64,000 nucleotides of DNA from Azolla caroliniana (lineage: Eukaryota > Plantae > Polypodiophyta): assembly GCA_043228905.1 (NCBI GenBank), contig JBHGNT010000016.1, positions 15,252,001-15,316,000 of the forward strand, written 5' to 3'. This document shows, piece after piece, positions 48,290 to 60,500 of this stretch. Position 1 is the stretch's first letter; every line of letters starts with the position of its first letter. Both the position numbers and the translations under genes were made by a program. Below the pieces are notes generated by a model. It did no database searches. It was not told where the DNA came from and saw only the letters and a program-made list of their open reading frames with translations.

Positions 48290-49130
48290 TGCGGAGAGGG
48301 GAGTTGCTTGTCTTGTACCTCCTCCGCAACGATGAGCATTAATCAGATCAATCTACAAGAGGAAGAGTCAACCACTTTTTTTTACGATCCGCTTCTTCCC
48401 CAAACTACAAGTGATAAAGAGAACGTAGATGTCGCCGTCGAAGCAGCCCAAGCTATACTAACTGGATCCGTGATTGTGATTCCTATCTTTCCGACTATCC
48501 CAAAAATTACTTTTGATCGATTATCTACGAGTCTACGCATGGATATCCCACATACGCAACGCGTGAGGATTTGATTCCTACTTACTAGGATACCCTAATA
48601 GCGAAGGATAGTGACGGCGTATATACCTTTTTTTAAATGTGACCAAACATTCATTTGAGATTTTTGCTGATTCAGCTACAACCCTACCTTAACCGGGCCA
48701 CTTCACGTTTGGTTATTATTAATGTGAGAAATCGATAGGACCAAGTAAATTAGCGTACCATTGGTTTGCTGCTTTCTTTGAGGTCCTTTCCAATTCGTTT
48801 CTGCAAACTCCTTTCTTTTCACCTAGTGAGAGGAAAGTGCCTTAAGAAGGCATTTCAAGACGAAAGTAGGTTGGTTGTGAGCAGCTGACTATATGCGCCC
48901 CTCGCACACTATCTTAGCATAAACTGCGGGACGGGATTCATCAAATAAATAGGGGCGGCGGCCCGGCCGGATGAAGCCGGCCAAAAGGCAGGCACAAGCC
49001 AAAGAACGACGATATCGGCCTTCATGCTTGCTTGCTTGCTTGCTTGCTGCCGTTGTATATCACCGCATGAAGGCCTAGAAATCCACATGAAGCAAGCACG
49101 ATGAACCGCTTCTTCCGCATGAACCGCCTT

Positions 49131-49162
<32 letters not shown>

Positions 49163-49236
49163 ATGAAGCCGCACGGTTCAACGCCAAGGAATAAAGGCAA
49201 AGTAACCGGCCGGCTCGTAAGTAATTATTTAATTTC

Positions 49237-49309
49237 AGGAGAATAGTTCCAATGGTAGAACAATGGTCTCCAAAACCAAAGGTTAAGGGTTCGAATCCCT
49301 TTTCTCCTG
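49237..49309 (+). tRNA. trnW: tRNA-Trp(CCA), mitochondrial type
   Basis: AGGAGAA/TTCTCCT acceptor stem; anticodon arm TGGT-CTCCAAA-ACCA; GGTTCGAATCC. Confidence 0.92.
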
Positions 49310-50063
49310 ATTACCTGGCTTGGTACGAAGAGGTTGCGGGTCTCTTTACCTTGTTTTATCACCGGAATAGTCGAGACGACCTAGAATAGGCCTCTCTCCA
49401 AGTCCATACATGTCTATTGCCAGGGTTCTTCCTCATCCATAATACTCTGCTTTCCAGATCTCGAGGATGTTGGAGTAGAACAGGCGGCATATAATTCAAA
49501 AGAACCATCGGTATCAGTACCGATGCCGTACATGGTACTATTATGTATGTATGTATGTTAGGATACGCATCAGAGTAAAATGACGTAGCTTCGCCACTAT
49601 CTAGTTGGATTTCCATTGAAACATTACCAAATTAGATTTTCCGCACCTATTTCTTTCAGAACAGCTAGCCAAGTCAGACCTTGGGCCTATCTCTATAGGT
49701 TGGTTTTTCAGATCCCATCACTCCAGGCTCAGTCGATCTTGGATCTTGCTCAATAGATCATATCTTTGGTATCTCACTGCCTGCGGTTCATCGCTGAAGG
49801 CGTTTGCTTAACTGTCTGTGCGGGGTCCATCGCTTCGCCTAGTCCTTGCACATGGTAGCACTTGGTTGCACTCATTCCTTCTTCGCATGGCTTAATGCAT
49901 GCAAGAAGTATCCGTTCCGTAAAGGCAACGTTTCTCCAAGAAAGAAGAGCGAGGCATGCGGCGTTGCCGATGAAAGGCGGCGATGCCTTCCAAGCCGAGT
50001 GAGAAGAATGACTCAGACAAGAAGGCTATGAATGAGCAATGCTTTGAATGCCGCCTCAGGATC

Positions 50064-50135
50064 CTGGAGTAAAAGGATTCGAACCTTTGCGTGTCGGTAT
50101 CAAAAACCGATGCCTTACCGCTTGGCTATACTCCA
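50064..50135 (-). tRNA. trnQ: tRNA-Gln(UUG), mitochondrial type
   Basis: TGGAGTATAGCCAAGCGGTAAGGCATCGGTTTTTGATACCGA..GGTTCGAATCCTTTTACTCCAG. Confidence 0.93.
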
Positions 50136-50238
50136 TACAGTGGTAACCAAGGAAGAGAAGCAAAGCTCAGAGAACGGAATTTGCTTGCTGGGCGCAGCAA
50201 AGTAGTGAAAGACTGGCGAGTTAGGTATGGCAAGTAAA

Positions 50239-50312
50239 TAGGCTTAGTAGGGCTCGAACCTACAATATTACCGTTATGAGCGGTACGTTTCAACCAATTA
50301 AACTATAAGCCC
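50239..50312 (-). tRNA. trnI: tRNA-Ile(CAU, lysidine type), mitochondrial
   Basis: GGGCTTATAGTTTAATTGGTTGAAACGTACCGCTCATAACGGT..GGTTCGAGCCCTACTAAGCCTA. Confidence 0.88.
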
Positions 50313-50776
50313 ACTGCTGGCTGGCTGGCTAGCTGTTAGCCCTCTCAAGTAATGGAGTCGATGGATCTGTTGAGGGCAAAGCAGCCATATTTTTCTCCTT
50401 GAAAGATTAAGGAAATAAACTTTTCAAATAGCTACACCTGGTTCTGGACCGATTGATGTGGATACATAAGAGCAGGATGTGCTACCCATCATGGATAGCA
50501 TAGTTCGAGCAACACTGAACTGAAAGGTATGACTGAAGTGTAATCGTTTTGTTGGCAGGCAAATAGACGACATATTCCTAGGGGATTTTTTACCGATGCA
50601 GCACGCACGAAAAAATCGACTCGACTTTTCTTCGATGATTTAGACAGAGATTTCACCACCTACCACGAGTGGAATGGCAAGGTTCTGCCAGGACACCCAG
50701 CGGCAAGACAACTGTGAAAGGAAAGGCAGGGCCAAAGGATTATCATCCATCTCAGCATCAAGCCCCCATCCCAACC

Positions 50777-50864
50777 GGAGGTATGGCTGAGCGGCTTAAG
50801 GCATTGGTTTGCTAAATCAACATACAATCTTCTTGTATCATGGGTTCGAATTCCATTTCCTCCG
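50777..50864 (+). tRNA. trnS: tRNA-Ser(GCU), mitochondrial type
   Basis: GGAGGTATGGCTGAGCGGCTTAAGGCATTGGTTTGCTAAATCAA; long variable arm; GGTTCGAAT. Confidence 0.9.
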
Positions 50865-51216
50865 AGCGAGTGCGAAGCACGAGCGATGCGACAATGACGT
50901 GATGGAAGAAACCCATACATTGCTTTTTGGGAATGCGGCAGTGGCCTGCCGGGAGAGACCTAGCCGGTAAGGGAGTGCTAGTTTTTGCTTCTTTTCTTTT
51001 CTTTTCTTGCGCGCTTGCTGCTTTTAAGGTAACATCAATGCTGCTTTAATAACCAGTAGTGCAAGTTCATTTGGACGGACAGCGGGAAATGCGATCAATA
51101 ACACGTGGAGTTGGGTCTGCGGGCAAGCAAACATTCCCCCGCACAAGTAGATTGAATAGGAGTTGGCCGGCTTCTTTTTTTCTAAAATAAATTCCGATTC
51201 GCTAGAGAGAGATCAA

Positions 51217-51252
<36 letters not shown>
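51217..51252. repeat. (GCTT)n microsatellite (also near 49026-49047 and 49130-49162)
   Basis: Seen directly; confined to the NUMT. Confidence 0.9.
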
Positions 51253-51323
51253 GGGGTGGAGTAAATGGCCAACTCGTCAGGCTCATGACCTGAAGACTGC
51301 GGGTTCAAACCTTGCCCCCGCAC
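51250..51323 (+). tRNA. trnfM: tRNA-fMet(CAU), mitochondrial type
   Basis: TGCGGGG/CCCCGCA acceptor stem; TCAGGCTCATGACCTGA anticodon arm. Confidence 0.85.
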
Positions 51324-52352
51324 TACATGTTGTCAACAGTAAAAAAGCAAATGAAGATTATTGTATAATAATCCATGCTTAAGAATGGGAAACTAACGTG
51401 ACTATTCATATTGTCAATTCGTTATCATTCGTGTTGTCAATGAGACGGTGACATTCCAATGAAGCGGTTTTCATCATCATGAAGGCCTTCATGCATGCAT
51501 GAAGAACCTGTTTGGTTTGATGAACATGCCGGTTCATCACGCTTGCTGTTTAAAATACTCGTTAGGTGGTTCCGCTTTTCTTTTGGGGAAGGCGTGCATT
51601 TCAGGCTTGCAGGGAAAAGTGCCATTTCCGAGTTCAAAGATCGCTGCTTTAAAGTGGAAAGAAAAGTGCAAAGCATCTTCTTGCCAGTGATTCATCAAGA
51701 TTGCCGCCGGCTCGGTTTAAAGTGAAAAGAAAAGTGCTGCTTTGCTTTGCTTTGCTGGATTCGCAGATTATGGCCAGAAGATGATATTGCCTTCTTGCAT
51801 GATCCTTCTGAATTTTACCAACGGAATTTCGAAATTCCAGCATTCAACTCTTTCCGCAATCTGAGCCGCATTAAAGATTATCGTATAATAATCCATGAAT
51901 ATTCAGGCCTTCTTGAAAGTTCAAAAGAAGAACTTTGGTAGCCATTTATATTACACTTTTTACCGCTTCTTCTTCTTCCGCAGTGCAGTTTTCTTGCGCT
52001 TCATGAAGAAAAGGTGTTGTTTGAAATTGTAGCTTGAATCTTATCGGAAAACTAACTCTAGGCCTTCTTGATGAACAGCTATGGATAATACGGCGGAAGT
52101 TGCTTGCGGGGAAGAACCAAGGTGGTGGATGAACCCGCTGCTTCATCAGCGCGATGAAGACGATTAACGCTACTTATCGGCTACGGTAAAGTCAGACGGC
52201 CCGATGGGGGAGTTGCTAGCAGAAGCTAGACAATTGCTAGCGGCCCAACAAGAAAAGAAGCGGATTGACGTGGCCGTAGAAAGAATGGATAAATTTCTAT
52301 GTGACCTACAGAAAACAGAGCCGGCGAGACTCCGAAGTATCGCCGGCACTCC

Positions 52353-52425
52353 GGGTAATTAGCTCAGTTGGTAGAGCGCCTCGTTTACACCGAGGGAGTC
52401 AGCGGTTCGAGTCCGTTATTGCCCA
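52353..52425 (+). tRNA. trnV: tRNA-Val(UAC), intronless mitochondrial type
   Basis: GGGTAATTAGCTCAGTTGGTAGAGCGCCTCGTTTACACCGAGG..GGTTCGAGTCCGTTATTGCCCA. Confidence 0.92.
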
Positions 52426-52643
52426 TGGTTGTAAACTTGGTTATTAGGACGCCTTAGTTCCTATCAATCTAAAATAGAATGATCAATTACCACGCTTAAC
52501 CTTTCTGGTCGGAGGGGCCAAAGAGGAGGCCCTGCGGTACAACCTATTTGTTTTCTGAAGGCGTTGCGTGCGATTTACAAAGACCTGAAAGCTTGGCACG
52601 CTTTCCCGTTGATTATTGATGGCTCGTGATCTTGTCGGGAAAG

Positions 52644-52713
52644 GGATGGATGTCTGAGCGGTTTAAAGAGTCGGTCTTGAAAACCGAAGTATTCGGAGAG
52701 ATACCGGGGGTTC
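52644..52713 (+). pseudogene. trnS: tRNA-Ser(UGA), truncated in the T-loop at the NUMT junction
   Basis: GGATGGATGTCTGAGCGGTTTAAAGAGTCGGTCTTGAAAACCGA..GGGGGTTC, then RT sequence. Confidence 0.88.
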
Positions 52714-55146
52714 CCTCGGCCTAGTGCGAATGTGTACCCTGCCACAAGGAGGGACCAACTCGGTGGCCCACATGGTGAATGCAATTAACAAGGTACTGAG
52801 GGATTGCATCCCGGACCTCACCATGCCATTTCTGGACGACATCCCGATAAAGGGGTGCCCGGTGGAAGAGAAGGACGGGACAGTCGGGCCAGACGGATGC
52901 CGGCGATTCGTGGCAACACACATCGACGACTGCGAGAAGGTGCTACAAAGGCTAGAGGATGCGAGGCTCACCTTCTCCGGGGAGAAATCAGCCTTCGGGC
53001 AATCAGAAATCCTGGTGGTCGGACACCTGTGTGGACCGTATGGCCGGAAGCCGTCTCCGGCAAAAGTAGAAGCCATCTCCGCGATGAAGACCGACTGTAG
53101 CTCGGTTACGGAAGTTCGGAGGTTCCTGGGGGCATGTGCGTTCTACCACATATGGATCCCGCATTACGCCCACGTTGCGGAGCCGCTATACGGGTTGCTA
53201 AAAAGGGGGCGAAAATTGAGTGGCGAGACGAGCACACAGAGTCGGTCCGGAAGCTAAAGGAAGCTCTTGCGGCAGCACCGGCGCTCCGGAAGGCTGTCTA
53301 CGAGAAGGGTACCCCGGTATACATAACGGTGGATACGAGTCCGACCGGGATCGGATGGGTCGTCAACCAAGAAGACGGGGACGGCATTTGGTTCCCAATC
53401 CGATTCGGTGCGAAGGTCCTCAGTGAGCGGCAGCGAGGGTACGCCCAGGTTAAACGCGAACTCTGGGGTATCGTTTCGGCAGTAAAGGCCGACAAAGACT
53501 ACCTGATCGGGACAGAAGTGATTATCGAGACGGATTTCCTGCCAATTCTCGGCATGGTTTCCGGATGCGCGACACCGGACCTGGCGGTGCTCAAGTGGAT
53601 AGCGTACATCAAGTCCGTGGACCCGGAAATACGGCACATTTCCGGAAAGGACAACGCCATGGCCAACATGCTTTCGAGGGCGAGGTTTGATGACGAGGGC
53701 GGCATGGTTTCGGAGGACGAAGAAGTCGGCGTGGACTTCTTCGAGGCGGCGTACATGACGACCGATGGGACGAGCACTCCGGCACTTAACGACTTCGACG
53801 AGAGCAAGTACAACGGCGAGTGGCTCTAGATCAGTGGATTTTTGAGGACAATGACGCCGGATGCGTCATGGATGAGGGACGAGACCAACCAGATCAGGAA
53901 GAAAGCATACCGATTCTTTCTCCAGGACGGATACTTATGGAAGCACCCGAAGAAGAGGAACGGCGTCCCGCTCCGGGTGGTGGCGATGAAGGAAGAACAG
54001 GAGGAGCTGTTGACGGCCTACCACGACAGCCCTTGGGCTGGACACCGTGGAACGTGGGCCACGTTCGAGAAGATAAAGGGGAAGTACTGGTACCGGGACG
54101 TGCATCGGTTTGTGACAATTTGCGAGAGCTGTCAGATGCACTCCATAGTCCGACATCGGGACGAGCTTCACCCTACGTACCCTCCGACCATCCACTTCAA
54201 ATGGATGGTAGATCTGGTGACGATGCCGATGGGAGTAGGACAGATGCGGTACCTGGTCCTGGCTCGGGAAGATCTGACGAACCAGGTGGAAGGTCGGGCC
54301 CTTCAGAACAAAACGACTGCAGCCGTATGTCGGTTCCTGCTCGAGGACGTGATATGCCGGTACGGGTGCGTCGGGAAGATCGTGGCTGATCGCGGGGATT
54401 TGGACGCCGAAGAGGCCGAGGAGTTGTTCGACCGGTTAGGAGTCAAGATCTCACTTACCACTGCATACAATCCGGAGGCAAATGGAAAGGTGGAGCGCGG
54501 ACACGGACCGATCGTCAAGGCATTAGTTCGGGCATGCGGGGGTCAAGTCGGGAACTCGCCGCGGCTGCTGCCTTACGCATTATGGGCTGACCGAACTACG
54601 CACAGTTCGGTAACCAGATTCATGCCGGCAGAGCTCATGTTTGGGCAGAAGCCGATCATGCCGATGGAACGTACAGTCTTCTCATGGGCAACCGTGGACT
54701 GGAGAGACGAGATGAGCCGGGAGGAACTATTGGCGGCGCGCATACGTAAGCTCGAGCGAAGGCCGGAAGACGTGGAGCAGGCTGCGGGAAAGCTTCGGGA
54801 TGCAAGGATGAGGAACAAAGCCCGGTTCGACCGAACGCACCGGCTCCGACCGGAGAAGATCGAGGAAGGCGAGTGGGTGCTAGTCTACGACAGCAGCCTC
54901 GACAACCAGCACCGAGCGACACGGAAGTTCGCAAGAAGGTGGTTCGGGCCTTACGTGGTACAAAGCGCCAACGACAACGGGACGTACCATCTGGCGGAAC
55001 TCGACGGCACGAGCATGGCGATACCGGTAGCTGGGAAGCGGATCAAAGCGTTCAAGAAGCGTCACGACAACAAGCCGGATCCGGATAACCTGGGCCGGGA
55101 CGACGAACGATCCGAAACCGAGGAAGAACCGGCGGGCGGGGAATGA
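52714..55146 (+). pseudogene. pol: Element F RT C-terminal part, RNase H and integrase
   Basis: ORFs 52724..53257 (FLDD), 53134..53829 (TVDTS, KRELWG) and 53842..55146 (HHCC, YNPEANGKVERGH, WFGPY). Confidence 0.9.
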
Positions 55147-56127
55147 AGGCTAGACCGGTTTTCTCCGTCCCAACTCAATTTGGCGCATGCCGGTGGATGC
55201 GCGGTTAGGTGGGGGCGGATGTCGTGAAGAAAACCGTCCACGAGCAGAATCGGTGTGCCAGAGCATAGGAACCGGCTCTTCATGCACGTACGCCTTATGT
55301 TGTACATAAGAGAGAATTAGGGACATGGAAGATCCGAGGTAGGTAGATTCGGTAGGTAGGAAGTTAATAGGAAACGGCTCCCTTCTTGCCTATAAAAGGA
55401 GGGAGACGAGGAAGAGGAAGGGATCGCGGAGAGTCGAGGACGAAGTGTTGTCGGTTTGTGGGCGAAGGCTTCTCTCTCTCTCTCTGGCTCTCAAACTCCG
55501 TAGCTTCTTGCTGTGCAGGTTTCGGGAGGCTCGCGCTGCTCTGAGGAATGCCCGAGTGCTTCCGGCAGCACCTCCAACCTACTCTTTCCTTTCTGTGCGT
55601 TTACGAACAGGCATCGGCATCTGTTCGTCGGCCTGTTCGGTTGTAACAAACTTCGTGCTTCTTGTTGTTTGTTTGTTAATATATATATTTACATACATTC
55701 GTGTCCCTCGGTGTCTGCGTCCCATTCGCGTCTTTGTATCGAAGGGCCGTGTCCCTGTGAATCTACGCTCGCACGTAGTGGGTCCCCTCCCTTCTCCTTT
55801 CTCTCTTGCTCTTCGGTACAAGACCCCCGAGGTCCCGCCCCATTCCACGCATCCGCGAGGAATACCTCGACAACGTCGTCGAGGGCCATTATCCGAAGAA
55901 GAAAAGCAGCGACGTTGTACAAATCGACTATGTCTTTACTGCGGTGGACTAGGACATATTGCAATAAATTGCCCCCATAGGCCAAGAAGACAGCTAAACC
56001 AAATAGTCGCTAGTTCTAATTGTACTAAACCCGAGCCTATTTCAGTAGGGATATGTGATAGTCCTAATAGCACTAATAACCCAGATCTAACGAACATATT
56101 TGATGTCCTTAGTCAGTTAGAAGAAGA

Positions 56128-57522
56128 GTTAAACGACTAAGTCCAGCCAAAATAGGAGTTGTTTGGTTGGACGGCCCTAGATCTCTGCAACCCATTAGTG
56201 GTTCCATTCCCTCTAAGCAAGTTAGTGATGTGTTTGTAGCCCAAGTAATAGTTAGTACTAAAAGTACCCCTCCAGTACATGTCCTAGCACTCCTAGATTC
56301 CGGAGCTAACTCTTCCTTTATGGATAAGAAATTTGCTCAAGCTCATAAGATATCCCTAAGAAAACTCCAGTGTCCAGCCTCTGTAGTAGTCATTGATGGA
56401 CGTCCCATTGCTTCCGGAAATATCATAGAAGAGTCAGAGCCCATTAATATTGTCCTAGATAACTTAGCATGTGTAGTATCATTTAATATTATTAGTATCC
56501 CAGAACATCCCATAGTTTTAGGATTACCGTGGTTCGAGTTACATAACCCAGACATAGATTGGAGAACAAGAGAAATCCGATGTCGACAAACCCAAGGGTC
56601 AACTCAAAATATGGCAACCATTTCGCTACATCAATTGCGTAAAGAAGGGCGCAAGGAGGAAATGTTCCTCTTTGCAATATCAGTAAACCCCTCCAGCACC
56701 ACTAAAGAAGAATCCATCGTTCAACTTCCCGAGAAGTATCATCATTACGCCGATGTGTTCGATAAAGTACAAGCCAACACACTTCCTCATCATCGACCGT
56801 ACGATTGCCCCATCGAATTACAACCGGGAAAAGAGCCGCCATGGGGACCGATCTACAATTTGTCACCAACCGAGCTGGAAGTCCTTCAGGCCTATATAAA
56901 GGAGAATTTGGAAAATGGTTTCATTCGGCATTCGAAATATCCAGCCGGAACGCCCATTTTCTTCGTCAAGAAAAAGGATGGATCGCTTCGTCTCGTTGTA
57001 GATTATCGTGGCCTGAATAAGGTTACAATCAGGAATAGGTATGCTCTTCCCCTTATCTCAAGTCTTTTAGAACGGATCAATGGTGCCAGGTTCATCACGA
57101 AGATCGACTTACAGGGAGCATATAACCTCATATGGAAGACCGCATTTCGCACCAGGTATGGGCACTTCGAGTATACGGTCATGCCATTCGGCCTCACTAA
57201 TGCATTGGCAGTCTTCCAGCACATGGCTAATGATATATTCCGAGATCTATTGGATGATTGTTTGATCATCTATTTGGATGATCTACTGGTTTATTCAAAG
57301 ACCCAAGAAGAAAATGATTCTCATGTACTATTAGTACTGAAACGACTTCGAGAACATGGTCTGTATGCAAAGCTAGTAAAATGTAGTTTCGGGTGCAACC
57401 AAGTGGAATTTCTCGGCTACATCATTTCGTCAGAAGGCATCTCCATGGACCTAGCTAAGGTCAAAACAGTGGTAGAATGGCAGACTCCGCGTTCGGTGCG
57501 GGATGTGCAATGCTTCCTAGGC
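56128..57522 (+). pseudogene. pol: Element G protease and RT, truncated
   Basis: ORF 56167..57558 matches B pol up to DVQCFLG. Confidence 0.9.
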
Positions 57523-60500
57523 AGGCATTATAGGACTGCAAGATTATGCTACCACTAGGCCATCTACTGCAATTAGTGCCCCAATTCACTGACGGGCTGA
57601 AATCGGTATTGGCCCCACAAAACTCCGCACCGGCTCCAGCATTCTTTTCGAATCCAGAAGAAGAACCGGTCATCGTGGACACGAGCAACCCTACAATCAC
57701 AGTCATCGTCAAAGGACGAGAAGTACCACAAACAATCGTGGACGGCGAACCGGGAGTGAACGTAATTAGCCAACGTACATGCGATACATTGGGAATCCGG
57801 GGATGGGAACCATGCCCATTCTAGCTCCGAATGGCTTATACTAGTTCGGTCCGGCGAACTGGACTAATTAGGGATTTGTAGGTCATAGTCGGCGGACATG
57901 CATTCCGAATATCCGTCGTGGTTTTGCAGCTAAACGCACAAGGAGCATATCCCTTGTTGCTAGGGAGACCATGGTTGCGAACGGTGCACATAAAATAGAA
58001 TTGGCAGAGGAATATCATTAGTTTCCAGCGAGGCAAAGAAAAAGTGTGAGTATCGACACGCCCACGAATGGGCACCACAAAGAAAAAGTGCGAGTATCGA
58101 CACGCCCACGAATGGGCACCAGTAAGGAGTTGACACCACTATTTGCGGAAAGCATTAACATGCTAGAAGGGCTAACCGACAAAGAGGTACACCGTTACCT
58201 TGACAAATATCCAAGGATATTTCCATTGTTCGAAGTGGACGTTGCAAAAGTAGTTACACCTTACATCGTGCAACCGGAAGAAGTCGATGATGAGCTGGAT
58301 TAGGACGCAATCCGGGAATTACGTCAAGCCCAAGAATCCCTAGAACGGGAAATGGCAATATCGAAACGAGTAAGAGCATCACAGTTGGAGGAGGTGAACC
58401 TCAAAATCGGGGAGGGATCGAAACCGGTCAATTTGGCAAAAGAAATGCCACCGACGGAAAAATCAGCGATGGTGTCACTACTGAAAGAATTCCAGGACGT
58501 ATTTGCATGGTCGTATGAAGACATGCGAGGATTGGAGCCCCAACTGTATCGGCACAAAATTCACTTGAGCAAAGACACAAACCCGGTCGCACAGAGACGA
58601 TACCGCATGAATCCGAACTATGTGGCCAAATTGAAAGAAGAGCTTGATAAATTACTTCGAGTAGGTTTTATCCGGCCGGTGAAGCAAGCAACATGGTTGA
58701 GCCTGACTATGGTTGTGCCCAAGAAAAATGGCAAGATCAGGGTTTGTGTGGATTACCGGAAGTTAAATGCAACAACGGTAACAGATGCATTTCCACTCCC
58801 ATTTACGGATAGGGTTCTGGACACGATAGCCAGTCACGAAGTATATAGCTTCCTGGATGGATTTAGTGGATACAATCAAACTCAGATGCACCCAGTGGAC
58901 CAGGAGAAGACAACATTCGTTACAGAGTGGGGAGTATTTGTGGCGGTAGTAATGATGTTCGGACTAAAGACGGCACCGGCAACATTTCAGTGAATCATTA
59001 TGGAGATATTCGGAGAATTCATTCTAGTGTTCATGCAAGTGTTTCTAGACGATTTTGCGGTATACAACCGAAAAGGTGAACACCTAGATCACCTCCGATT
59101 ATGTTTAGAGAAGTGCCGAGGATATCGGTTGAGCCTGAACCCGACGAAATGTGGGTTCGGAGTGACAAGTGGGACATTATTAGGACATATCGTGATTGTG
59201 GTTGATCCGGATAAAGTAAAAGTGATTTTGGAAGCACCGCCACCGGCAAATGCCAAAGCACTAAGCCGGTTTTTAGGACAGATCTGGTGGCATAGCCGGA
59301 TGCTCCGGTATTTGGCCTACTTTGCCACACCTTTACACGCGGCCATTCACAGAATGCCATTCCAATGGATGGAATTGGAGGATAGTGCATACCACGCATT
59401 CAAAGTAATGTTGTCGCAGGCGCCGGTGGTGCAACCCCCGGATTGGACCAAGGAATTTCATGTGTTTGTAGACACGTCCGATATAGCGATCGGCAGCGTT
59501 CTCATGCAGCTCACCGAACCAAGGTGGTACCGGCCGGTGTACTACGGTAGTCAAAAGCTCTTAATGGCCGAACGAAATTACTCTACAACAGAGAGAGAAG
59601 CCTTGGGGATGGTTTATAGCGTAACAAAATTACTATACTTAGTCTGAAAAGCATCCTTAACCGGCAAGTTGGCCCCATGGACACTATAGCTACAAGAATT
59701 TAAATTTGAAATATTCCATCGAACGGGAGTGCAACATGCTGTAGCCGACTACTTAAGCTGATTAGAATCCGGAGAAACCGAAGACGGTGTTCGCAACGAG
59801 TTTTGGGACGCACAATTATTTAGGGTGACCGCGGAGATGACAACAGATGAAACAGTGGCCGGAGAAGATAAGTGGCTCACTAACATGCACCTGTTCCCGA
59901 GCACCAGACTACCTTCGGAAGAATTGAATCGAGATTAACGGAAGTGATTGGTAGTATAGAGTCCGCATTTCTGCTTATTACAGTACACCCTGCACCGTAA
60001 AGGAGCCAACGGAATCTGGCGACGTGTAGTCCGGAACGACAAGGAGGCAATACTACCAGAAGCCCACTGCGGGGTGGCAGGAAGCCACTATGCCGGAGAC
60101 ACGATGGCAAGGAAAATTTGGAGAAGCGGATTGTAGTGGCCCACAACATTGAAGGACGTTGTTAGGTATGCAAAGGAATGCAACCTTTGTCAGCATATAG
60201 GGCAACCGTCAGAGCAAGCACGAATGCCGCATCAACCGGTGTTGCCGTTAGACCCCTTTCAAACATGGGGATTGGATTTTGTCGGACCATTCAAACTGTC
60301 GGCAATGAGAACCGGCAACCAGTACATAATTGTGGCAACCAATTACTATACAAAGTGGGTGGAAACCAAAGCACTTAAACAAGTTGTGGAAAGCTTGACG
60401 AAATTCTATGCGGTGGTCCACAAGTGAAGTCCGCCATATTACCCGCAGGCCAATGGATTAGCGGAGTCCACCAGTAAAACGCTCCAAAATATCCTCCGAA

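Larger units (their letters stand above)
48290..52713. other. Mitochondrial DNA insertion (NUMT) of about 4.4 kb inside F reverse transcriptase
   Basis: Seven mitochondrial-type tRNA genes, (GCTT)n repeats and an abrupt composition change; RT resumes at (P)LGLVRMCTLPQG. Confidence 0.88.
44470..55872 (+). mobile_element. Element F: Ty3/Gypsy of a divergent (fungal Ylt1-like) lineage carrying a mitochondrial insertion
   Basis: LTRs 44470-45120 and 55220-55872; 4-bp TSD ACGT; tRNA-Trp PBS; PPT-like GGTGGGGGCGGA; RT motifs LPQGGTNSV and PFLDDIPIKG. The lineage name is from recall. Confidence 0.92.
43079..57522 (+). mobile_element. Element G: chromovirus of the B family, 3'-truncated, gag interrupted by F
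   Basis: 5' LTR 43079-43507 is similar to the reverse complement of the B LTR; gag 43582-44469 plus 55877-56140; pol 56128-57522 nearly identical to B. Confidence 0.92.

Noticed and set aside
48308-48574. 88-aa ORF at the NUMT left edge, plus short ORFs at 51437-52146
   Set aside because: No recognisable mitochondrial gene motifs; unassigned without a search
58034-58121. Tandem duplication of about 44 bp in element L
   Set aside because: Ordinary slippage in a dead copy
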